Below, one piece after another: positions 8,552 through 16,625 of a stretch of 64,000 bases of DNA (its first letter is position 1; each line of letters begins with the position of its first letter). Location: NCBI GenBank assembly GCA_964499705.1, contig CAZCME010000023.1:1-64000 (forward strand), given 5' to 3'. The notes beneath the pieces were generated by a model. It was given only the letters and a program-made list of their open reading frames with translations. It did not search any database and was not told the origin of the DNA. A program made the translations under genes and the position numbers. The DNA is from an uncultured bacterium (GTDB lineage: Bacteria > UBA8481).

Positions 8552-10470
8552 TGAGACGCCTCCTGGTTATCTCAGTGATTTTTGCGGCGGGGGCGGCGGG
8601 AGCATGGCTCTGGAATCAGAGATCGGTCTCGGTCGAGCGTCCGGTGGACGTGGAACTGGACGAGGTGCAGGCCGCCGCTTTCCGGTTTTTCTGGGAGAAT
8701 TGCGATCCGAACAAGGGGCTCGTCCTGGACCGTTCCAACAACTTCCAGAAGGCCGCCCTCACGTATTCGCCCTCCTCGGTCGCTTCGACGGGATTCGGGC
8801 TCGCTTCTCTCGCGGTCGCCGCGGAGCGCGGTTTCGTTCCGCGCGCGGACGCCGAACGTCGCGCGCTCGCGACGCTCCGGACGATGCGCGACATGGTCCG
8901 GCACGAGCACGGATTCTTCTATCACTTTGTCGATCCCGTCTCCGGGGAACGGGCGTGGAACTGCGAGCTCTCGCCGATCGATTCGGTGCTCTTCTTCGCC
9001 GGGGCGCTCGCGGCGGGGTCCTATTTCGGAGGCGATGTGGAGAAGATCGCGCGCTCGCTGTACGAGCGGGCGGACTGGCCGTGGATGCTGGACGGCGACT
9101 CCACGTTCGCGATCGGCTGGAAGCCGGAAAAAGGCTTCCTGCCCGGCCGATGGGATCATTACGACGAAGCGTCGCTCATGTATCTCCTGGCGATCGGTTC
9201 GCCGACGCATCCCATTCCCGCCGGTTGCTGGAAGAAGGTCCGCCGGGAGATCGGCGTGTACAAGGACCAGGTCTGTCTCGTTTCCGGCCCGCTCTTCACG
9301 CACCAGTACAGCCATCTCTACGTCGACTTCCGCGGCGTGAGCGACGGCATCGCCGACTACTGGAAGTCGTCCGTCGCCGCCACCCTGGCCAACCGCGCCT
9401 TCTGTATCGATAACGCGAAGGAGTATCCCACCTACGGCGAGAATTCCTGGGGCATCACCGCATGCGACGGTCCGGGCGGATACAAGGCCTACGGCGCTCC
9501 TCCAGGCAAGGCGATTCACGACGGCACGGTCGCTCCCACCGCCGCGCTCGGCTCGTATCAGTTCACGCCGGAACTCTCGCACGCGGCGCTCCGGCACTTG
9601 CGCGCGATCCCCGGGCTCTGGGGCCTGTATGGTTTCGCCGACGCCTATAACGCGCGCAACAACTGGATCGCGACGGATGCGATCGGCATCGACCAGGGCG
9701 CCCTCCTGCTCTCGATCGAGAATGCCCGGAGCGGCCTCCTGTGGCGCCTGGTCTCCTCGCGCGCCGAGATCCAGCGCGCGCTTTCACTCGCCGGATTCCG
9801 CAAGGGCTCCATGGAGATGAAGCCGACGATGACGGCCGCGGCCGTGCGGACGAAGAGCCTTTCGGATCGTCCCGACATCCGGATTCCCTATTCGACCACC
9901 TCCCCCCGCATCGACGGCATCATCGAGAGCGCATGGGATAACTCGGCGCGCATTGCCCTGGATGAAGGCTCGCGCGAAGCCGGATCCTCCGACAACCTCC
10001 AGGACGCCTCCGCGGAAATCCGGCTCCTCTGGAACGACCTGGCGCTGCTCGTGCTCGCGGAGGTGAAAGACAGCGAGATCGTGGCCCGGCGGAGGAATAC
10101 GGAGATATATTCCGAAGATGTCATTGAACTGTATATCGATCCCCAGAATAACGCCCTCACCTGGTCGGATCCGACGGACTTCCAGATCGGCCTCGCGCCG
10201 CGCATGGACGGCAACGCGTGGGCCTGGTTCCAGAACTGCGATCCGGGGACCAAGGGCATGGTCCACGCCTGGAGATCCGACACGGCCGGATACATCATCG
10301 AGGCGGCAATACCCTGGTCCTTCCTCGGGATGACGCCGAAGGACGGGCTGGAGTTCGGGTTCTCCCCGGCTCTCCATGACCTGGACACGACCGGCTCCAC
10401 GGAAGCGAAGTTCTGCTGGTTCTTCCTGGATCCCGGGATTCACATCGGTAAGGCGATCCTCGCCAAATGA
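8551..10470 (+). CDS. Membrane-anchored GH144-like (glucoamylase-family/DUF2329) endo-beta-1,2-glucanase with C-terminal CBM9-like domain
   Basis: AFRFFWE, SSVASTGFGL, GFFYHF, ELSPID, GPLFTHQYSH, WGITACDGP, GIDQG; CBM9-like PRIDG..W, LLWND, EDVIELYID, YIIEAAIPWS. Confidence 0.85.
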   Translation: MRRLLVISVIFAAGAAGAWLWNQRSVSVERPVDVELDEVQAAAFRFFWENCDPNKGLVLDRSNNFQKAALTYSPSSVASTGFGLASLAVAAERGFVPRADAERRALATLRTMRDMVRHEHGFFYHFVDPVSGERAWNCELSPIDSVLFFAGALAAGSYFGGDVEKIARSLYERADWPWMLDGDSTFAIGWKPEKGFLPGRWDHYDEASLMYLLAIGSPTHPIPAGCWKKVRREIGVYKDQVCLVSGPLFTHQYSHLYVDFRGVSDGIADYWKSSVAATLANRAFCIDNAKEYPTYGENSWGITACDGPGGYKAYGAPPGKAIHDGTVAPTAALGSYQFTPELSHAALRHLRAIPGLWGLYGFADAYNARNNWIATDAIGIDQGALLLSIENARSGLLWRLVSSRAEIQRALSLAGFRKGSMEMKPTMTAAAVRTKSLSDRPDIRIPYSTTSPRIDGIIESAWDNSARIALDEGSREAGSSDNLQDASAEIRLLWNDLALLVLAEVKDSEIVARRRNTEIYSEDVIELYIDPQNNALTWSDPTDFQIGLAPRMDGNAWAWFQNCDPGTKGMVHAWRSDTAGYIIEAAIPWSFLGMTPKDGLEFGFSPALHDLDTTGSTEAKFCWFFLDPGIHIGKAILAK

Positions 10471-10497
10471 GCCCTGCCAGGTCTTCCCCGCGCGAAT

Positions 10498-10524
10498 AAA
10501 AAGGGGTCAGACTCCTTTTTTTTA
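10498..10524. terminator. Bidirectional hairpin terminator between convergent genes (REP-like GGGGTCAGACTCC core)
   Basis: AAAAAGGGGT-CAG-ACTCCTTTTTTTT between stops at 10470 and 10522. Confidence 0.7.
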
Positions 10525-11280
10525 CTTGCCCGGGTGAATCGCGCTGGCGGGCGGAGCGCTTTTCATCATGTCCTCGTAGGCGACACATGTCGCCATACCG
10601 CACTCGCCCTTGTCGTCGCAGCCGCAGAAGCGGGGCTTATCCCTGCAGATGCATTCGGAACCGCGGTCGGCCTTGCACTCTCCCGCGGGCGGACCGCCGC
10701 ACGCCTTGACCACCGGTTGGTCGGCAAGAGGCGTGACGGAGCTGCCGGCCGATTGAAACACGTAGACTCCATAAGCCATGATCAGGACGGATGCTCCGAC
10801 AAGCAGGGCAATCCCTCCGCGCGGCAAGGCTACCCGGATGCGAGACTTCGGAGGCGCCGGCACATGCTCGGATTTCGGCCGGGGAGCATTGCGGATTTCG
10901 GCGGGCGAGAATTCATCGAGGTTCGCCGTCGGATCGCTCCACTTCGCATACAGCCTCGTCTGCCCTAGAGGCATGGCTTCCGTCCAGCTGGAGTGCAGCA
11001 CCAGATCCTTCGGTTCGACTTCTTTCCGCTCGATCATCGCCATGAGCGCCTGCCGCGTGAAGGGGCCGCGAAACGGCTTGCCGGGCTTGGAGACATGCCA
11101 TTCCAGGGCGGGCACGATACGGCCGGTCAACACATCCGCAAGTTCCGGATCCTCGGCAGCGGTCGTCCACGTTTCATTCCCTTCACGCGCGACCCGTGTT
11201 TCGGGCGCGAGAAATGTCGTCAGTTGTTCCCGGATATACGGGCCGTAGATCTTGTTATCGATGTAGACGAACCACCGCAC
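10522..11280 (-). CDS. Tandem GYF_2 (DUF4339) membrane protein with 8-Cys external domain
   Basis: Two W...GP[YF]T/I...L...W repeats, one TM helix, then a Cys-rich tail. Confidence 0.75.
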   Translation of the reverse strand: MRWFVYIDNKIYGPYIREQLTTFLAPETRVAREGNETWTTAAEDPELADVLTGRIVPALEWHVSKPGKPFRGPFTRQALMAMIERKEVEPKDLVLHSSWTEAMPLGQTRLYAKWSDPTANLDEFSPAEIRNAPRPKSEHVPAPPKSRIRVALPRGGIALLVGASVLIMAYGVYVFQSAGSSVTPLADQPVVKACGGPPAGECKADRGSECICRDKPRFCGCDDKGECGMATCVAYEDMMKSAPPASAIHPGK

Positions 11281-11360
11281 GAAGGGAGCGTATCACGGGG
11301 GGAAGGGAGCCGCCACAGGATCGAGCCTTCCTCCCGCGCCATCGTTCCTATCCCGAACCA

Positions 11361-11376
11361 ATGTAAGCGCTTACAT
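11361..11376. promoter_or_regulatory. Perfect 16-bp LacI-type palindrome (operator 4)
   Basis: ATGTAAGCGCTTACAT in the divergent intergenic region, just upstream of TGGACA-17-TAAACT (11384-11412). Confidence 0.8.
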
Positions 11377-11419
11377 CATTCTCTGGACAGAACGGGCCCG
11401 CATGCGTAAACTTGGACCC

Positions 11420-12205
11420 ATGGGTATCCCGGTCGCCCGGCTCGAGCGCGTTTCCAAGCGATACGGTTCGCGCACGGCACTGAGCGAAGTGAGCCTGGAG
11501 ATTGCGGGCGGAGAAGTGCTCGCGCTTGCGGGGCAGAACGGAGCCGGCAAGACGACGGCCATCCGCACCCTTCTCGGCCTCGTGCATCCCGATTCCGGCG
11601 CGGGCCATTCGCCCTCCTCCAGGCCGGGACAACGCATGGGCGGCTCCGGTTATCTCCCCGAAGAATCCTCCCCTTTTCCCAACATCACGGCCCGCGAACT
11701 TCTCAACACGGTGCTCACTCTCTCGCAGGTCGATGCGGCGGAAAGACACGCTCGGGCTGATCGCCTGCTGGACAGGTGCGGCATCATGGAAGCGGCCGAT
11801 CTCCGCGCCGGAGCGTTCTCCAAGGGCATGCTCCGCCGGCTCGGCTTCGCGATGGCGCTCGCGGGCGATCCCGAACTGCTCGTGCTGGACGAGCCGCAAT
11901 CGGGACTCGATCCGATCGGGCGCGAAGATTTCGCGGCTCTCATCAAGGCAGAGAGGGCCAAGGGCAGGGCCGTGCTGCTCGCCTCGCACGACCTCGCCGA
12001 AATCGACGATCTCGCCGACCGCGTTCTTCTTCTTCATCGGGGACGGATCATCGGTGAACGGCGCGCCGAGGATCCTCCCGGTACGATCTCCGTCTCGGCC
12101 GCTTCCCCGGGCACTCCTCGTCCGGCTTCCGGGTCGCCGCGGTTTCCCGGGATCAAGGCGTGGTTCCTGGATTCCGTCCGCAAGGCCGAGAACGCGCTTT
12201 CATGA
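11420..12205 (+). CDS. ABC transporter ATP-binding protein (PilH-like); ORF is open from 11402
   Basis: Walker A GQNGAGKTT, signature FSKGM, Walker B LVLDEP, ASH switch. Confidence 0.93.
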   Translation: MGIPVARLERVSKRYGSRTALSEVSLEIAGGEVLALAGQNGAGKTTAIRTLLGLVHPDSGAGHSPSSRPGQRMGGSGYLPEESSPFPNITARELLNTVLTLSQVDAAERHARADRLLDRCGIMEAADLRAGAFSKGMLRRLGFAMALAGDPELLVLDEPQSGLDPIGREDFAALIKAERAKGRAVLLASHDLAEIDDLADRVLLLHRGRIIGERRAEDPPGTISVSAASPGTPRPASGSPRFPGIKAWFLDSVRKAENALS

Positions 12206-12957
12206 AATCCGCCTTCGTCTTCTTCGCGCTCGCTCTTCGTGAAATGAACCGGAGCCGGGTGCCGCACTCGGCGGCGGCTTTCGTCGTCGCGCTGCTCGTC
12301 GCGAGCCTCTTCGCCGGAAATCTCTCGTTCGAATCGGCGCCGGACGTCACGCTCGATTTCGCCCTGACCGGATCAGCCCTCTTCAGCGCCGCGATCGCCA
12401 TCGTCCTCGGGCTGGAACAATCCGGCGGAGCATCCGCACCGCGGTTTCAACCTTTCCTGGCCGCGGGTTCCTCCAGAACCGCTCTGCTTTCCGGACGACT
12501 GGCGGCCGCCTATCTTGCCGCCGTCATTTTCGCCATGGCGCCTCCACTCTGTCTTTCGCTGGCTTTTTCATCCTTTTCCGATTCCGCGACCATGCTCCCT
12601 GATCTCCGTGCCGCCTGCCTGCTCCTCCCCATGGAAAGCGTGCTACTCGTCTCGGTCGCTTCCTTCCTCGCGCAGTCGATCGCCCGCCCCATGGCGCTCG
12701 CGCTTACCTTCGCGATCTGGATCGCGTGCCATCTCCATCCGGACCCGCTCACATTCGAGATCCTGTATCCCGGCGTGAGCGGGCGAATCCTCCAGTTCGC
12801 GGGCGGACTGATGCCGGACCTGGAAATGTACAATCCCAGGATCCACGACGCCGGATCGCCCTCGACCATCGCCGCCGCGATTCTGCAATGCGCGCTCTAT
12901 TCCCTGCCTTCACTCGCCGCCGCGATCCTCGTCTTCCGGAGAAAGGACCTGCCGTGA
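12202..12957 (+). CDS. ABC-2 type permease (PilI-like)
   Basis: About six TM segments, C-terminal VFRRKDL, ATGA overlap with the ATPase. Confidence 0.85.
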   Translation: MKSAFVFFALALREMNRSRVPHSAAAFVVALLVASLFAGNLSFESAPDVTLDFALTGSALFSAAIAIVLGLEQSGGASAPRFQPFLAAGSSRTALLSGRLAAAYLAAVIFAMAPPLCLSLAFSSFSDSATMLPDLRAACLLLPMESVLLVSVASFLAQSIARPMALALTFAIWIACHLHPDPLTFEILYPGVSGRILQFAGGLMPDLEMYNPRIHDAGSPSTIAAAILQCALYSLPSLAAAILVFRRKDLP

Positions 12958-13631
12958 CGCGCGCGCGCTCCGCCTTCGCCATGATGTTCTGCCTGAGCTT
13001 CTTCATCGTAATAAAACTCGCCGTCATCGATCCGGCGCGCCGATCATCTCCGCCGTCCCTGCGTTTCACCGGCGCCCTCCGCACGGCATCCGACCTCCTC
13101 TGGGTCAAGATCTCCTCCCGTCTCGCCTTCAGCGAACGTGTGCCTGCGAAGGAAGCGGCGGAAAATTTCCGCCTGATCCGCGTCGCGGCGCGGATGAATC
13201 CTGATAACCGCGAGCCCTACAGGTTCGGCCCCATCGGGTTGATGCTCTGGAATCGTTCCGACCTCGCGCTCCGGCTGGCCCAGGAGGGACTCCTCCACTT
13301 TCCGAACGACACCGACATCGCGCGCTCGTTCATGACCGTGCTCCTGTTGTCGGAAAGCAGGTTCGATTCGGCGGCTTATCTCCGCATCGTCGAAACAGCG
13401 GCCGGAAAATCGAACTCCCCGATGGCAGGAATGCTTCAGATTCTGCGAGCCAGGAAATTGGACCAAGCGGGCTTCATCCTGGAAGCCATCGCGGCATGGA
13501 AAGAGATTGGTGAAAATAATTCCGACGACGACTTCCTGACTGCGCGCGCCACGCGAGAAACGAAAAGATTGAGCGAACGATTGAAGGAACAAGCGCCGGC
13601 TTCCGGAGAAATAAGGGAGCGTGTAGAATGA
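12954..13631 (+). CDS. Membrane-anchored helical/TPR-like hypothetical protein (PilG-like position)
   Basis: GTGA overlap, N-terminal TM, ASDLLWVK and NP..REPY.FG segments; sits between the ABC genes and the pilin. Confidence 0.55.
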   Translation: MTRARSAFAMMFCLSFFIVIKLAVIDPARRSSPPSLRFTGALRTASDLLWVKISSRLAFSERVPAKEAAENFRLIRVAARMNPDNREPYRFGPIGLMLWNRSDLALRLAQEGLLHFPNDTDIARSFMTVLLLSESRFDSAAYLRIVETAAGKSNSPMAGMLQILRARKLDQAGFILEAIAAWKEIGENNSDDDFLTARATRETKRLSERLKEQAPASGEIRERVE

Positions 13632-14224
13632 GAACCATGCATCGTCGTGTTTCGTTGCGGAAGCGGAACCGCGGTGAGGAGCATGGCTTCACGCTCGTTG
13701 AACTCCTCATCGTCGTCGTGATCATCGGAATCCTCGCCGCCATTTTCCTGCCTAAGATCGCCCAGGCGATCGAGACCGCCAAGCAAGGTCGCACGCTGGC
13801 TCATATGAACAACACCCGTGGAGCGCTCGGCCAGTATTTCATCGACCACGGGGAGGATGCCTGGTCCTATTTCCCTTGGGGAATGCGCCAGATTGCTCAT
13901 TATTATCCAGCCGGAACACTGATGGGTTGCGGCACCCACGGCGGAAAACATTGGTACATGGAGCAAATCCCTTACGAGGAAGTCGGGGACGGCGGTGCGG
14001 CGGGCAACTCCATCGCGGACTGGTGCACTTCGGGCTCGGCTCACACCTGGCACCTGATGCGTGGCGTCGCCAGCGTGGACGACGGGCAACCAACCACCAA
14101 TAAGGGCGGATGGAACTGGTGCGTGCCCAACGGAGAGTTCGCGATCAACGACGCACCTTCGGGCACCGTCTGGATCGATGAAAACGTCATGATGTTCAGC
14201 GGCAAGGAAGCGTGCGATAACTGA
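13628..14224 (+). CDS. Type IV pilin / T2SS pseudopilin (prepilin N-methylation domain)
   Basis: Class III signal HG|FTLVELLIVVVIIGILAAIFLP with E5 and P22. Confidence 0.92.
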   Translation: MRTMHRRVSLRKRNRGEEHGFTLVELLIVVVIIGILAAIFLPKIAQAIETAKQGRTLAHMNNTRGALGQYFIDHGEDAWSYFPWGMRQIAHYYPAGTLMGCGTHGGKHWYMEQIPYEEVGDGGAAGNSIADWCTSGSAHTWHLMRGVASVDDGQPTTNKGGWNWCVPNGEFAINDAPSGTVWIDENVMMFSGKEACDN

Positions 14225-14287
14225 GCCGCTTGTTCCAACCGCTACGTCCATCTGCCACGGCGTGCCGGGAACGGAGGGCTCTCCGGC

Positions 14288-16111
14288 CTACCCGCCCGGC
14301 CCCGCCATGATCGCCGCGAGTTCCTCGTGTCCGTGTTCCGCATACCATCGCCGTGCCCGTTCCAACCGCTCCTGACCATCAGAACGGGAGCGAATATAGG
14401 ACGCCACCATGGCAGCGCTCCCGGCGGGCGCCTCCTCAAGATGAAAGAGAAGCGCCGGGTAATCCTCCATGAGTAACCGGCAGACAGCCAAATGCAAATG
14501 GACAAGATCGGCATCGGGGTGATGTGAGATCGCGACCTCGAATTGACGAAGCGCTTCCTCATGGCGTCCCAGGATCATCAGTCCAACACCCAGTCCGTCA
14601 GCCGAGAAGGGTTCTCCCGGCCGCAACTCGAGCGCGCGCTGGTACAGGAGAAGCGCTTCCGTCTCCTTCTTGATCGTCAGCTTCACCTGAGCCAGTCCCT
14701 GCAGCGCGGCGATCATGTCAGGAGATATGCGGAGCGCGCTCACGTAAGCGTCTTCAGCTCCAGGTGCATCGCCCATATTCTCCAGGATGCGGCCGCGCAT
14801 ATAGAGTACGAGGGGTAGATCACGATTCGCTCCCGTGATCCTGTCGATCTCGGCGAGCGCTTCCGTCGAATTCCCTTTTTCCATCATGGAGCCCGCGCTG
14901 TGAAGACGCGCGATGAAATTTTCCGGATCGGACGAGAGGGCGTGAGCCATGAGAGTTTCCGTATTCTTCCAATGCCCGATCTCGATCCATCCTGCGATGG
15001 ATACGGAGACAATCACGAGTGCCGCGAAGGACACGCGCGCGTTTTTCGGCAGGCGGGCTGCGGCTTCCGCGAACAAATAATAGATGCCGATCGCGGGAAA
15101 ATAGAGAAAGCGGTTCGCGGTTTCCTCGCGCGTGACTCCCAACACAGGGCTGATACCGAGGAGAAACCAGGCCCAACCCGTGAGGAGAAACGGCCAGCGG
15201 CGACGATGCTGCCACGCCAGAAGGGAAAGGATGGCCAGGAAGAGCACGCAGGTTACCCAGAGGTAATGAGGATAGCGGGACTCAGGAGCGGGGTACCATG
15301 CGGAAAGATGAACGGGGAGAAAAAGACGCGCGGGGTATTTTGCGAGAGCGACGACAATTTTCTGGAGAAACAGGATGCGGTCGGGCTCCAGAAAGGCGTC
15401 AGGCTGACTGGCGAGGGTGATCCACGCGCTGATCGCGCTGAATGTGAAAAGAGCCGCGTATTCGCCGACCCGGCCTCGCCGATTCAGGATGGCAAGATCG
15501 AGCAAAAGCCATATCGAAGGAAGCGTCATCATCATTGGCTTGCTGAGCAGAGCCAGGAGAAAGCAGGCGAACGCCAGTCCGCGGCGTCTCCACGTCCCGT
15601 CGGATACTATCCAGGCGTGTGTCGCCAGGAGAGCCCAGAAGAGGGAGCAGCCATCCTTTCGTTCCGCGATCCACGCCACGGACGCGGCGTGAACGGGATG
15701 AGCGGCGAAGAGAGCGGACGCGAGGCCCGCTGTGAAGAGGGGTACGTTGAGCCTCATGAAGAGATAAAAAAGGAGAACCACGTTGGCTGCATGAAACAGG
15801 AGGTTCGTGAAGTGATGTCCCGCGGGATGAAGACCGTACAGGGAAACGTCGAGGATGCGCGTCAGGAGGGTCATCGGCTGCCAGTAGTCGACATGATCGC
15901 TGTCGAAGGTAAGATCGGCCGTGAGCGCCCACCGCACCGAGGCCGATGTGAAACCGGAGCGAATGTAGGGATTGTCGAGGACGAGCGGCAAGTCATCGAG
16001 TGTAATGAAATCGAACCGCACCACCTGCGCGTAGAGCGCAAGCGTGAGCGCCACAAGAAGGAGTGCGACCGCGCGAGGCGTGAGCGCGACCGAAGTTGCG
16101 TGAGAATTCAA
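14288..16111 (-). CDS. TMTC/DUF1736-like GT-C membrane glycosyltransferase with C-terminal TPRs
   Basis: FITLDD..V..NP, YWQPMT, HHFTNLLFH, HPVHAASVAWIAERKD, LLSKP, ANRFLYFP, then TPRs. Confidence 0.85.
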   Translation of the reverse strand: MNSHATSVALTPRAVALLLVALTLALYAQVVRFDFITLDDLPLVLDNPYIRSGFTSASVRWALTADLTFDSDHVDYWQPMTLLTRILDVSLYGLHPAGHHFTNLLFHAANVVLLFYLFMRLNVPLFTAGLASALFAAHPVHAASVAWIAERKDGCSLFWALLATHAWIVSDGTWRRRGLAFACFLLALLSKPMMMTLPSIWLLLDLAILNRRGRVGEYAALFTFSAISAWITLASQPDAFLEPDRILFLQKIVVALAKYPARLFLPVHLSAWYPAPESRYPHYLWVTCVLFLAILSLLAWQHRRRWPFLLTGWAWFLLGISPVLGVTREETANRFLYFPAIGIYYLFAEAAARLPKNARVSFAALVIVSVSIAGWIEIGHWKNTETLMAHALSSDPENFIARLHSAGSMMEKGNSTEALAEIDRITGANRDLPLVLYMRGRILENMGDAPGAEDAYVSALRISPDMIAALQGLAQVKLTIKKETEALLLYQRALELRPGEPFSADGLGVGLMILGRHEEALRQFEVAISHHPDADLVHLHLAVCRLLMEDYPALLFHLEEAPAGSAAMVASYIRSRSDGQERLERARRWYAEHGHEELAAIMAGPGG

Positions 16112-16625
16112 CGGATATTGGACTTCTCGGGATTGCTATTCAAAGCGTTCGCGGCCATTCGCTCGGCTTCCTCCCGGAGTTCCTCCTTGAGGAGAGTCAC
16201 GCGGAAATCGTGGCGCGTCCCCATCGTGAAGAGCGATCCCATGGACACCATGGACTATGGCGTACTTCAAAGGACGCCGCACTCACTTTCGATTTCGAAA
16301 ATCGCCAAGACAGGGCATCTCATGCGGCGATAACCAGCCGCCTCATCCATCGCAGTTTATCTTCGTCACTCCTGGAGTTGGGCGCGAAATTCGCTTCACG
16401 ATAAATCCATATTTTACAAAGAATATTGATGCCCCTTTTCGTAACATGGTCGCACGGATTCCAGCTCCCCTTTCAAGATTGTAAAAAATTGTACAAACAT
16501 TTGTAATTATTGACGTTTCGACGGTATAATATGACGCTGATGCTACTCCCGGCTCACATCCATGACCCTCTCCTCATATATTCATTCCTGATCGCAGGAA
16601 ATCAAGTCATCCCGATCCTTCAGTC

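Noticed and set aside
13628-14224. Electrically conductive e-pilin
   Set aside because: Aromatic content is high (~11%), but positions 24, 27 and 32, aromatic in Geobacter e-pili, are I, A and K.
16096-16484. Short ORFs between the TMTC-like and giant genes
   Set aside because: No motifs, and the region is an AT-rich divergent promoter. A 47-codon minus ORF ending at 16108 overlaps the TMTC start but has no other support.
16510-16530. TTGACG/TATAAT as a -35/-10 pair for the giant gene
   Set aside because: Spacer is only 9 nt. TTGTAA-18-TATAAT is possible but too weak to call.
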